In this document: one piece after another, positions 1-12,200 of the stretch
How the letters are laid out: the number at the start of each line of letters is the position of its first letter
Position numbering within the stretch: position 1 is the stretch's first letter
Program-made: the position numbers and the translations under genes
Notes under the pieces: generated by a model
Databases searched by the model: none
Seen by the model: the letters and a program-made list of their open reading frames with translations, nothing else
Told to the model about the DNA's origin: nothing
Origin: Lama guanicoe
Taxonomy: Eukaryota
NCBI GenBank assembly: GCA_013239625.1
Contig: MU054400.1
Location: forward strand, 789,146-853,145
Direction: 5' to 3'
Length of the DNA stretch: 64,000 nt

Positions 1-1039
1 GGCTTCCCCTCCCCTTTATCACTTACCTGGATTAACGTGTGACTCACAAAGCAAGTACTGGATGTTGGGGGGAGGTTAGATGCATATTTATTGGGGGGGA
101 AATTGTGGGAGGGGCTCAGACTAGCCCAAATCTGATTTAATAGGTCAGGGACTGGTCAACTCTCTGAACTTCATTGACTGTAATCTGCTGCAAGGACCCC
201 TAGGCTTTTTCTCTAAAGGATGGAGCTGGGCAGAGGAAAACAGGGTCTTCAGCTAAAAGGATTCCACTTTAGAGGAGGTTGTCAGATACCACACCCGGAA
301 GGGTGGTCCAATTCCCTTTGAGAATTCACTAAGTGTAACTACATAGAGAAGCTTAGAAAGGCTGAAAGAACTGGGGAAACTGAAACCCCAGGAAGGGGAG
401 GGCTTTATTTAAAACCATTTGAAGTTACAGGAAAATACAAAAAAACAAAAAATAAAGTTACAGGAAGGAATCCAGAGTTCCTGCCTCCTGACAGCTTTTT
501 CTCCTGACTTGCTCTTTAAAAACAGAGCAGATTTTGCCTTTTACAGCAACCCGGAGCTGGAGGCAAAAACCTGCACACACAGACTAGAGTATACTGATAT
601 GCACACGCACTCTCCCAACCCCACAGCACACAAATCACACCATACAACAGATGCAGACACACCCATCTGCGTCCACCTGCAAAGTTAAATGCAGAGGCCC
701 ACAGGGGCAGACGCACCCATGGACTGTGTCAACCACATCCCCCTGAACACCCTTGCTCCCGCAGGAGTTCCTTCTAAGCTGTTCTTCTTCCCTTCCCCTG
801 AGGTTCTAGCTCCTCATGCCACCCCCCCATTCCCCAAAGTCACGTTAGACCACACCAGCCTCCTCACCTACTTCCCAGAGAAAATCCCAAGGACAACAGG
901 TTGGAGCAGGCATTGAAATTGGAGCGTGGGCTTCCTGCTCCCCCAACTCCCCAACCTGAAGGGAGTACAGAAGGTATGGTGCAGCTCCTTGGGTTTCTGA
1001 GTGATCTACCCCCTTCCCTTGCCACACTTGACAAAGCCA

Positions 1040-1160
1040 TTATCTGGCTCATTTTACAGATGAGGAGGCTGAGCCCAGAAACGGGAAGTGACTTGCCTAG
1101 GATCACATGAGGAGGTACCAGGGCCAAGGGTCATTCTTCTGATTGGGACTGGGGTCTGCA
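1040..1160 (-). mobile_element. MIR SINE fragment
   Basis: Core motif cattttacagatgaggaggctgagcccaga...aagtgacttgcctaggatcaca. Confidence 0.8.
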
Positions 1161-2092
1161 CTTCTTGGAGCCACCGACTTGCCTAGGAGCAGATTCCACC
1201 TCCGCCCTGCTCTGGGTTTGTGAAGGAAGGGATGGGCCTGGGGATGAAACTAGCCAGCATCCCCTGCCCACGGAGGGACTGTGGACAAATTGTGTGAGGG
1301 ACCAAGGAAAGGGGAGGCCGAGAAGCCAGGGACAGCCACAGACTGCGGAGCTCAGTGAGGCCTGGGGCTGCCTCTCTTTCAGTGAAAATACACCCTGGCA
1401 CACTGAGGTCTGGAGTTCATGAATAAACAGCACAGGTAGAGAGATGGATGCAGACCTCAGTTCACACAGCCAATTTGCTATGCTAATTTCAACCCCAGGC
1501 CAAGCTGACCCATGACAGTGACAGAGACTGGCATAGGTTCACAAAGAGTAACAGAATTGGGACAAAATTGGAGACCAGAGCCCCATGTATGGCCAAGCAT
1601 CTTCAGGATGAAGCCGTTGCCCTCTACAAACTGGCCCCCCACTGGCACTGAACCTGTTAAAATGAGGATCATGAGGATAAGCAAGTGCTTCATAGGGCTG
1701 ATAGGATTGTATGATCCATTTTGATACATAAGATGTGTAAAATAACAAAGGGTGCCCAAGGCTTATTAGGCAGGCACTCAATAAACATCTACTTTTTATT
1801 ATCTCTCAGGCCTGTCTTTCACCATCACCCTACTCATTCTAGGCAGCGATCACAAAATATGATTCTCTTTTCCTTGATGTCTTCTGGTGTCCTTCCCCGC
1901 CCTCCATCTGCACATGCCTCTTCTGCACACACCTGTATCCTACTTGAGCAGAGCACTATACGGGTGCCACAAAGATGCCAAGAAATCTATGTTCAAACAT
2001 GGTCCCGGCCCCCAAAGAGCTTACATTTTGGAGACAAGATCAAAACCATGTGGAAAAGGAAGACAAGCCAAGAACATGGGGAAACAAAGTTG

Positions 2093-2098
2093 TTTAAT
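2093..2098 (-). terminator. Probable NOL6 polyadenylation signal ATTAAA (3' UTR about 1.06 kb)
   Basis: Minus strand reads TGTAC...TTTAAAATTAAACAACTTTGTTTCCCCATGTTCTTGGCTTGTCTTCC: UGUA upstream and a U/GU-rich element downstream. Confidence 0.6.
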
Positions 2099-2189
2099 TT
2101 TAAATCAGAGTTTAAGACAACAGGAGAGTTGACACCAATGTACATGATGCAGAGGAAACTGAACAGGCTCTCATGTTTCAGAGAGAAAG

Positions 2190-2280
2190 AGCACCTTAGG
2201 CTGGGGGCCAGGGAAGGGTTTAAGGAGGAGGCACTGTTTGAGCTGAGTCTGGAAAAACAGCCAGGATTAGGGAGAGGCAG
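2190..2280 (-). mobile_element. L2 fragment inside the NOL6 3' UTR
   Basis: cagggaagggtttaaggaggaggcactgtttgagctgagtctggaa resembles the L2 3' region. Confidence 0.5.
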
Positions 2281-2805
2281 CCGGAAGAGGGGTGTGGACC
2301 CGGCTGAAAGGAGGCTGCATCCCCTCCCCCAGGGCACTGGGAGTTCCTGGAGAGCAGGGCTTGGGCCCCTCTCACCTCCACACCCCCAGTGCAGGGGCAC
2401 AGAGCCCAAGAGGCTCGGACACAGAGAGGCCAGGGCAGCACTCAGTGCTTTCTGCATCTCTCCTGGATGGGGGACCACCAGTTCCCCTCACCCCTTCCCT
2501 TCCTGTCCTCTGTGCTTTCCCATGTCCCCATCTAGGACCAGGACCAGCAGGACCAACACAGGAGGGCATTGTGCCCCTTCAATGTGGACTATTCATCCCA
2601 CGCAGCCCCCCTCTTCATTGCTCAGTGCTGGTGCTCTGTGACCCTCAGGCAGTGCCACACCTTCTCTGGGCCCCATTTAAAGGCCTGACTCTGCACCAAA
2701 GAGCATACTGAGATCGAGGCACACATTCTGGCAAAGGAGAGGGCACAGAACCACAGCCCTGGGCACATAGCCTCCTCTCTGGGCTTCTGGAGCAGCCTAG
2801 GAAGG

Positions 2806-2824
2806 AAAAAAAAAAAAAAAAAAA
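2806..2824. repeat. A19 homopolymer (U-tract in the NOL6 3' UTR)
   Basis: Direct count. Confidence 0.9.
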
Positions 2825-3137
2825 GGCCCAGGCCAGGCTGGCAAGCAGATGGATCTCCTGGGTTCGTTCAGTTCCCTCTGAACTGGCTCCCACTCCTCTT
2901 CTGGGCATTCAGACAGTCAGGCCCAGAGGACCCCACAGGGAACCATGGCCCCTGCCCAGTGCTGGGGCATCTGACAGAAAATTGGGACAGGGCATTATTG
3001 AGGACAATTCAGTGTGTTCAGGCCAGCACGCCCTCCTTGGAGGGTCCATTTGCAGTGAGGGTGCTCACACCATTGACATCTTGCTCCAGAGGTCTGAAGT
3101 CCTGTCATCCATCTACAGCTTGCTCCTGAGCTGGCAA

Positions 3138-3287
3138 TCACACTGTCCACCTCTCACTTCGGGCCTCCACAGCCTGCACCAGGCCATCTCCCAGGACAGC
3201 AAAGTCCTCCAGGATGGCTTCTACATTGGGCACCATCACCAGCTCCCCACCTCGAGATACCACCATGCGCCCCTTTGTGTTGGAGGC
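3138..3287 (-). CDS. NOL6: NOL6 exon 26, coding part (ASNTKGRM...SERWTV*)
   Basis: cag|GCC ... TGA at 3140-3138; 150 nt. Confidence 0.96.
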   Translation of the reverse strand, partial: ASNTKGRMVVSRGGELVMVPNVEAILEDFAVLGDGLVQAVEARSERWTV

Positions 3288-6200
3288 CTGGGGGAATCAG
3301 AGAAATGTGGAGTGAGGTGTCACAGAGGCACACCCAGAGACACCAAGACACACATGCTTCACACCTGACACACACAGACACACATGCCCACGTGGAACAC
3401 ATGTACACGCTCAGGAACGGACAATCATTATCAGCCAGCACACCTTTAAGGGCTGGGGCTGGAAGCTGGTGGGCTTCCAGAGGACACCGATCACCTCTCC
3501 ACCATGTTGGTCATAGAAGAAAAGGGCCAGGTCCCCAAAAGCCTCCTAGGAAAGGGCAGGACAGAGACAAGATGACAGGTGGGCACCTTAGAGCCACCTC
3601 CATGGCCCCAGCTCCACCTGGAAGTCCCTACCCCATGGTCCGTCAGCCCTTGAGGACCTACCCTGAGCTGTGCCAGATAGAGCTGAGGAGGATCGTAGCC
3701 CAGGACAGGCATCAGGGATGAGGGGCCCGGCTCACTGAGCAGCCCACGGCAGAAGGAGGCAGCTGGTGAGTCCACAGCCTGGCGGTGCCGGGGGATGTGG
3801 CGGGGAGACAGGCGGATCAGCACGTCATACATGTCCAAGGGTGGCCGGAACACTGTCTGAAGAAGGGTAGGGAGGGCTCAGCAGTGCCAACCTGGGAGCT
3901 GGACCACAAAACCCCTCCCCATGCCCACCTCGGTTCCCTCCTTCCTTTTTGTCTGACACCCACTCCCATTATGGGTCCAAATGCTCACTGAAAGGTGGGA
4001 ACACCCAGACCCAGCTGGTGCCAGCCTGGGTCCAGCAAGAGGAAGGCAGGCTAGAAGCACCAGGCCTGAATGGGGCCAGGACCCTGGCTCTCCTCCAGGC
4101 TCCACCACTGCCAGACACTGTGGGCAGCTGCAATACCTTCTCCAAATCAGTCTCACCAAACAAGGGGCTGAGCATTCTGTGAGGGCCCCTAGAGCTCTGG
4201 ACTTCCCACAGTTCAAAGGCAGAATCCCTGGAACTCCTGGAGTCAGGGGCTTACCCTGATATCTCCAGGCCCCCGGGGGTCCATTAGCTGCTTCTCTAGG
4301 ACAGGCAAGGCCTCAGCTGCCAGGATCACAAGCTGCTGTAAGATCTGAGGGGTACACACACATCAGGTAGGTCAGGCTTGACCACAGGTCTCTCTTAGCT
4401 CAAGCTGAGCCGGCTTTTTCTTTGAGGGAGAAGGCCACACATCTGGGAGCAGGAATGAGATTAAACCTGGGGCGAGGGCCCATCCTGTGTCCACATAGAG
4501 CTTTTGCGATCCTGGGGGGTAATGATAACCATGACGGGGAGTTGTGTCCGAGTTGCCAGGAAGACACTGCGGATCTCCACCTGCTCTTCCACTGTGGATA
4601 AGAGGGGGTCCTGGGTCAGCCTGCCCCTCTCACCCAGACACCCTCCACTGCCCCAGCTCCTCCTACTATACACTCGGCAGTGGCCCATCCCAGGGATTTT
4701 CCAAAACCCAAAACCCTTCCCGGAAGTGGCAAAAGTGATGAAAAGGACCCTACATCTACCTCAGTTGGGCAGGGCATTAAACTCTCAGCCTCAGCCCAGA
4801 GACAGAATTTTCCACTGCCAGGCACTCCAGTCTGGTTTCCGGGCCTGCACAAGCTGAGGCCTGCCCCTGGCCCCCTCCTACCCTGGGCTCCCACACACCT
4901 GGGCAATTAGAAAGCTGATACCCTCCTCTCTGCTGGCACCAGGAGCTCCTCATGTTACCACCAGAAATGATCACTCCTACCCCCTAAGAGGTCTAGGCAT
5001 CTATTCTAACCTGAACGGTTCCCTGCTTCCACCATATGACTTCTCACCTGGTGTTTAGAGTCCCTATTCCACCATCCTCTTCCCTTCAGAGACCCCCAGG
5101 TAGCCTGCTTAACACCCCCAGTCCACTCTGTTTCTGATCATCACGTGGGCAAACCACATCTCTGGTCTCAGAGTTCCCTAAAGGCTGGTCCTCTTCCTCC
5201 TTAACAATTCCCAACCCCCAGGCAGTCAGGGTCAGGAGGAGATACGCGGGATCAGAGAGGCAGAGAGAAAAACCTAACAGACTGACAGGGAAAACCCTTG
5301 TCTGCCCTACTCTGCAATCCACAAAGGGTAGTTGTTCCAGTAGTCTGACCTCCATCCTACGACTTACCAGTGAGCTCATTGTTGAGGTTGACAATAAGGG
5401 GGTTGTTCTTCCAATCAAAGGTCGATATCAGGAAAAGGAACCGAAGGAAGCCCACCTGTGGGGAGCTGAGAGGAAAGAGTGAGCAAAGTGTCTGGGACCC
5501 AGCCACACATCCCCAGGCTCCCCATGGTCTGAGGAGCCTAGACCCCTTGGTGTGGTTTGCGGCGGGGTGGCTAGGTCTCAGATTCCTGTCTGTCCCTTTG
5601 GTTCAGCCACCTCTCCCATGTGGACTGAAGGTGCAGTGTGAAGGATGAAAGCTGGCCCCAGGGGGAACTTTCTGGCTAGGGAAAGGGTGGAAGGAATCAC
5701 CTGGGAGGGGTGAAAGGCTCAGGGTGCAGGAAAAGGGCAGCAGCCACCAGGTCCAGGCTCTCATCGGTGAGCTTCTCTCCCAGAAGCTGGGCACGCACCC
5801 ACCGTTTGGCCAGCCGAGCCACACCCGAGAAGGCTGGGTGCTGCTGCTGGAGTCTGTGGGGAGAGGAGGGCAGTGGCAATAAGACTCAGACACTCAGCAC
5901 TACCCTTCCAGCGGTGGTTCTGCTACTACTACTTTCAGCCCCACTGCTGCTGTTTATTCAACTGTTACCCAACCTTGGCCTCTCTGCTGATGCATCACAT
6001 GTATAATCTCACATCTCCCTAACTAATACCCCAAGAGGTTGGTCCTAGCCTGATCCCCACTTTACAGATGAGAAAAATAGATTCAGACCAGATCCTGCCC
6101 AAGGGACCAGAGAAGTGGCAGGGCTAGGATTCTAGAACTACTCTGACTCCAGAACTCATATCTCTAACTGGCCTCCCAGAGAGACAGATGGCCAGGAGGG

Positions 6201-9200
6201 CAGAATGGCACCAAGAAAGGGTCTTCAGACATAGGAGCCTGTGGGGGTGCCCATACCCATGCAAGGCGCTGGTGAGCAGGGGCAACTGCCTCGTGTCCCT
6301 CTCAAGGCGGAGAGAGGCGGGGGTGTCCCTCAGTGAGATCATCCCCTCGGGGCTCCGCATCTCCCTCAGGATCTGGGGCTCCCGCTGATAGGCCACACGA
6401 ATCCGGAACACAAACCCATCCTGTTGGAAAAGGATACGAGATAGGTGGTACATGTCAGCCTGGAGCCCCCTGACTTCCCATACCCTCCCTCCCCGGGAAT
6501 CCCGGCCCTGCAGCAGCCTAACCTTGAGGACATCGGTGTGCGTGGCCGTGGCCTGGCACTGCAGCCCATGCTGTTGCGTCAGCAGCTCTGCCAGGCGCAG
6601 CTGGAAGGCAGCACGGACTCTCCGTATGGCCTCAGCATCCTGTGGCCACTGACCACTGCCCTCCAGGTGACAAACCACTGTGGAGAAGAGTGAGAGGTCT
6701 CAGACTGCAGCCTGGGGTGAGAACGGTCCCTCTCACCCCCTCACAGGAGCCCCCTCACCAGTCATGGGCTCCACGTAGGCCGGACAGGGCTTGTCAGGCC
6801 GGGGCAACAGCGAGGCCCGCTCTTGCAGGTGCTCATGAAAGGAGTAGGCTGGCCGGACTGGGGTTGGTGGGAACACCTGTGGAAGAAGGGGGCTGAGGGA
6901 GAGGCCTGGGACTGGGAGGAAGTGCCCCAAATCAGGAAGTTGGAAGGGAAAACACTGGGTGAGTGGAGCAGAGGAAGGTATCACCAAGCAGAAAGGGCTC
7001 CCTGCCCCTTGCACCTCACCTCAGTGTAGCGCAGCACTGGGTGAGCTCCCTGCACGGCAGACACAGTCAGCGGGAGACCTTCCAGTCCCCACAGCAAGCG
7101 GCTAAGGTCATCATAGCAACGCACTGCAGCTGCCAGAGCCTCCTCACCTGTGCTGGAAGTCTGAACGGGAAAAGATAGTCAAGAAGGCAGGTGGGTACAG
7201 AACCGCCCCACTACCTGGGATACCACCCCGGCTCAGGCTGCTGCAGAGCCACAGGGCCCCCTGCTGGACACTCGCGGAATCACAGCCTGGCTGAAGTGGT
7301 ACGTGTTCACCCAACTCCCCACCCAATCCAGCCACATAGATCCCCTAGCCTTAACCCCAGCCCTGAACCAGGGCCCTCACCTCTTTCAGGCCTTGGATCA
7401 ATGTGTCCAGGAGGCCCCCCGTATAGTGGACACAGGTATCTGGGATGTCAGCATGGCTGAAAAAGGTGCACAGTGTAGACATTGGGGGCCATGGAGTGAG
7501 CCGCTGGTTGCAAGCTGCTTATCCCAAAAGCTTGGACCAGACCCTCTCAAAAGGCCCTCCAGCCCACAGTTGCCTTCCAGCATTCAGATGCTAAAACTCA
7601 CAGTGCCAAGAGGTGAGTGACCACCTGGTGGGGGATAAGGCGTTTCTGGGCCATAGAGGCTGCCTCCCAGACCACAGCTTCCCGAATGGCTCCATCCTGG
7701 AAACGCCGAAGCTCGGAGCGAGATCCCCAGAACTGGCGGAAGTCAGCAGCCTGGGGAGAGGAAAGGGGTAGTGGGAGAAAACAACAAAGAAGAGCTCCAT
7801 CAGAAATCTCCCAACAGCCTGAATCCAGGTGGCATGAGGACAATCCACCCTGCTCCTTCCAGTGCATGTACTTGGCTTCCAAGAACAGGGCCAATTCCTC
7901 CCTGAGACCCCAGAGCTCCTCACCTCAGGCTGGTCGGCCTCTGGACCCAGCTCAAGAACACTGGTCAGCCCTTCAGGCCGGAGAAGCAAACCCAGGGTCA
8001 GGACCCCAGAGTCTCTGTGCTTTGGTGGATCCTGGCTGATGTCCCACTGTAGGGTGTAGAAAAGCTGAGCTCAACCCCTAATCCCCCAACTTGGTCTGGA
8101 AACTCCTTCTAGCCAGAGGGATGGTGTCTTCTGTATGCCCCAGGACCCTGGGTCTAACCTCCTCAGACCCACAAACTCCCCAACCCACACACCTCACCTC
8201 TGAGACTGGGGGCCGAGAATGGGCCAGCAGGTGCAGCCGGAACCCCAGACCCTGCTCCAGGAGGGTGGTTAGTGGACCCAAAACAGCTGAGACATAGTCC
8301 CCGCCATGATCCTGCAGCTCTGGCCACAGCTTCAGCCGGTGACATGCTGCCTGCAGGCGACTCAGAGGACGGAGACTGGAGGTGGCGGGGAGGGGACAGA
8401 GAGAAACAAAGAGGGGGAATCAGGTACTGCTGGCCCCAAGTATCACTCCCACCACCACAAGGAAGATCTGAGCACCTGCCTGAGGATGTCTACCCCATCA
8501 CTAGCCCAGGAAAACAGGACTCACTGACATACCCTGCCACCCTTAAACTTACTGCAGTATGTGGTCAAAAGCCCGGATCATGGGTTTGGGAGTCATCAGC
8601 AGCAGCTGGAACCCATCGTCAGCTCTGCTGTCCAGCAACACCATAGACAGCTGTGCCTCGTGCTGCACCTGGGGCCACAGAGTAAGGAGGGAACTCCCAT
8701 GTGAGACCACCAGCACTGCACCCCTCCGCTCAATGAACCAAGGGCTCAAAACCAGAGACATGCCTGACCAAAGGTCTCTGGAGAGGAGGTTCTGGGGTTC
8801 TGGGGCTGGCAGAAGGGACAGGGTCTGGGCTGAGACATCTGGGGAACCCAGGAGTGGGGGACAACTGGTACCTGGCGGTAAGTGGAGGCAGTGACATCAG
8901 CACAGAGGTTGAGACGGCCTGAGGAGTCCAGGAAGACAACAGGGAAGGCCTGGTGGAAGTCAGCCAGGGCCGGCTGGGAGCAGGAGACAGAAGCCAGTCA
9001 GGGCTGGGTCCTTATCTTAGGCCTCCTTGCCCAGACTCAGTACTGCCCACTCAGCACCACCCTACTCACCAAGGACGAATCTGAGCTGAAGCATAAACTG
9101 ACCCCGTTGACCGTCAGGTCTGTGGTGGCTGAAGTGAACCAGAGAAGATGGGTGTGTCAGAAGGTATCCCCTTCCCTAGGGTCCCTCCCTCGTGACACCC

Positions 9201-12200
9201 ACCCTCTGGACAGGTGGCTGCAACTGCCTGCCTCTGGGATTCGGCTTGCTCATCTGACTGAGGACAAGAAACCAAATGATCCCTGATGGGGATGAGTGGA
9301 ACCCTGGGCCTTTCCAGCTGCCTCACCCAGAAACTGCAGGATGCTTCTCAGGACCTGGTAGCCGCTCATGGTGGTGTGGATCTTGCGTGTGGACACGAGG
9401 AAGGCAACCAGCATGGAGACAAGGAACCCGCTGAACCCTCCCAGTCCCTGACGGAGAGAAGGAGGGAGAGGCTGGAGCTCAGAGCCAGCCCACCACTTGG
9501 AGAGCCAGGGAAACTAGGCCACTTCCAACCAACTCACCTTGTCCAGTTCCCGCTGCCGCAGCCAGACCTTCAAAAGTGCCACACCATCCTTCAGCCCCGA
9601 GGCTGAGCCCAGCACGGTTGACAGCAGCTGCACATGGGACTCAAGGGCTGTGTCCTGCAGGACCCATGTGTTATAGTGGGGGGTGGGTGGCTCTGGACCA
9701 CCTGTGGGAGGAAAGGGGAAGTCATGAGAGGAGAAGCACCTACAACACCCTTCCCTCCAGCTCCACCTTGATACCAGTGCCTGCTCACCATCCCCTGAAG
9801 GACTCTGCCTTCGGTACCAGGCAGAGCGCACATTGTTCTTAGATGGCAGCAGGCGGCAGGGGCGGAAGAAGTCAGGTGGAGGACATGGGTGCAGACGTAC
9901 AGTGACCAGGCGCTCATCCTTCCCTGGGGGGAGACAGGAGATGCTCAGACTCTGCAGCCCCCTGGAGCCAGAGGAGTCCCTGCACCATCCCCTCCATCTG
10001 AGGGCCCCATAGCCTCCCACCTATACCTTGAGGTCCCTATACCTTTCCTCCCAAATTCGAGGCACAAGCCTCTCACCGTGGACTTGAGGCACGTGTGCCT
10101 CACTCACCAGATCCGTCACCTCATACTGTGCCTTCCACCCCGTGTGTGCCGCCTACCATGCGGCCGCAGCAGCAGCGAGGGCTTCAGGTGGCAGCCATTG
10201 GTGTAGGAAAAGCGAACACTGCCAAAGAGTGGGTCTTGGGCCAGGTGGTGAGCCAGGTGGGCCAGGTAGAGGGCGCGCTTACGGAAGTAGCGCTGGTTCA
10301 GCCCATCCTTGTCCTGTAGGATCTCCTGGAGGGGGTCAGGGGAAGAGACAAATGGCCAGTCACTTAAGTGCTTATTGCTGGAGAGCTTGGGGGCCAAGAT
10401 GAAGCCAAGGTGAGAGGCACAGCTTAGAAGCCCAGGCATCCTTTGCTGGCCAGAATGCCCAAGCCAAGGTTAGCAACACCACATTGGATGTGGAAGGCAA
10501 AGTTCCAGAAGGCACATCTAATCTCCCTCAGGACAACTGTAGTGGTTGTCCTGATTCCAATCCCCTGGCAAGTGGTAGGTGGGAAAAAGAGGGGTTGGGG
10601 GACTTGTAGGTGGTGAAATGGCAGACCTCCATTCCCCAAACTCTGGACCTCACCCTGGGCATGGTCAGTGCCACATCCACATTAATGTCCGGCCGGATGC
10701 AGGTGCCCAGAAGATAACTGCCCACAACAGTGACCTGGGCTGGGGGCAGGAAGCGGAAACAGCCCTTCACAGTATAGGGCACTTGGTGGAGGGGGACTCG
10801 AACCCCTACTGGGAGCCATGCCTGGTTGCTCAGCTGTGGGGATAGAGACAGTGACACATATTAATTTGACTGCCTTCTGAACATGTCCCCTTGATGTGTA
10901 GTAGATATTTCAAATTCAAAATGTCAAAATGTCTGAAACCAAACTCCTGATCTTCCTATAAACATGTCTTCCCCATTCAGGCAACTCCATACTAGCTGCT
11001 GAAGTCAAAAACATTTAAATCACCTTGACTCATCTCTGTTAAAAACACCTATTTCGCTTCCAAAATGCATCCAGACACTAACCACTTCTCTACTGCTCTC
11101 CCCTGGTCTGAGCCATTTTTCAGCAGATCACTCCATAACAGGTTCCTAACTAGTCTCCCTGGTATCATATTTGCCCCGCTTCCCCCATTCTACTTTTAAC
11201 ACAACAGCCTGAATGAATTTTTTAAAACTGAAGTTAGATCACATCACCAATTTACAAAAAAACAAAACAAAAAACAAAAACAACCCTGAAGTTGTTCCCC
11301 ATCTTACCCAGAACAACAGGCGCCGAAGTCCTTGTTTTGATGCACAGGGCCCTGCATGATATGCCCCCTTCCTCCATTGTCTTTCTGAACTCACCTCCTG
11401 CTATCTTCCCCTCATTCATTCCAAGGAATGTACCAGACCTGCTCCTGCCATGAGCCTTTAGGTTTACTGTTTCCAGTTCCTGGATTGCTCTTCCTCCCTT
11501 AGATCTCTATGGCTGACTCCTTAATACAAATGCCACTTCAATAAGGCCTGCCTCAACTACCATATTTAAAGTTGCAAACCACTCCCATCCTGATATTCCC
11601 ATAATCCCCTTACCTTATCCTTCTTCCTTTTTCCATAGTTCTTATCATCTTCTAACACTGTCTGTCATGTTCCTTATCTAATGCCCATAAGCCCAACACC
11701 AGAACATAGGCTGCTTTGTTCACTGATGTATCCTAAGAATACAACCACTGCAAGGAACATAAAAGTATTTGCTGAATGAATGAATACATGATTGACTGCA
11801 CTCCCAGCTGAGCTTCCTGGCAGTGAGAATGAGCTCCCTAGCACCCCATCCACTTCAGAGAATAGCAAGGACCCTGAGGACTTCTGGGCTTTCTAGTTCC
11901 TCCCACTACCTGCCTTACCTCTGTCTCAGGGGTTGAGGGCACCCTCATGATCCTCTGGTTGACCTCCCGTAGGAAAGCATCAATCCGCTCCTTTTTCTTC
12001 TCTGACAGCTGCACTTCCTTTAGTAGCTCCTCTACCTGTAAGAAGGGGCAGGGGAGAGTGCTTCTGCCTCAGGGGCTCAGGTCCACCCCTCTAACCCAAA
12101 ACCAAGCCACCCAACAGTACCTGCAGACGAAGCAGGCTGGAATGGAACAGACTCTCAGTCTCGCGAAGGCGATTCAGCTCCTCGTTGGTCGGTTCCTTGT

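Noticed and set aside
1721..2641. 306-aa plus-strand ORF, the longest in the track
   Set aside because: TTG start, antisense to the NOL6 3' UTR, crosses old repeat fragments and shows no recognisable domain; likely chance
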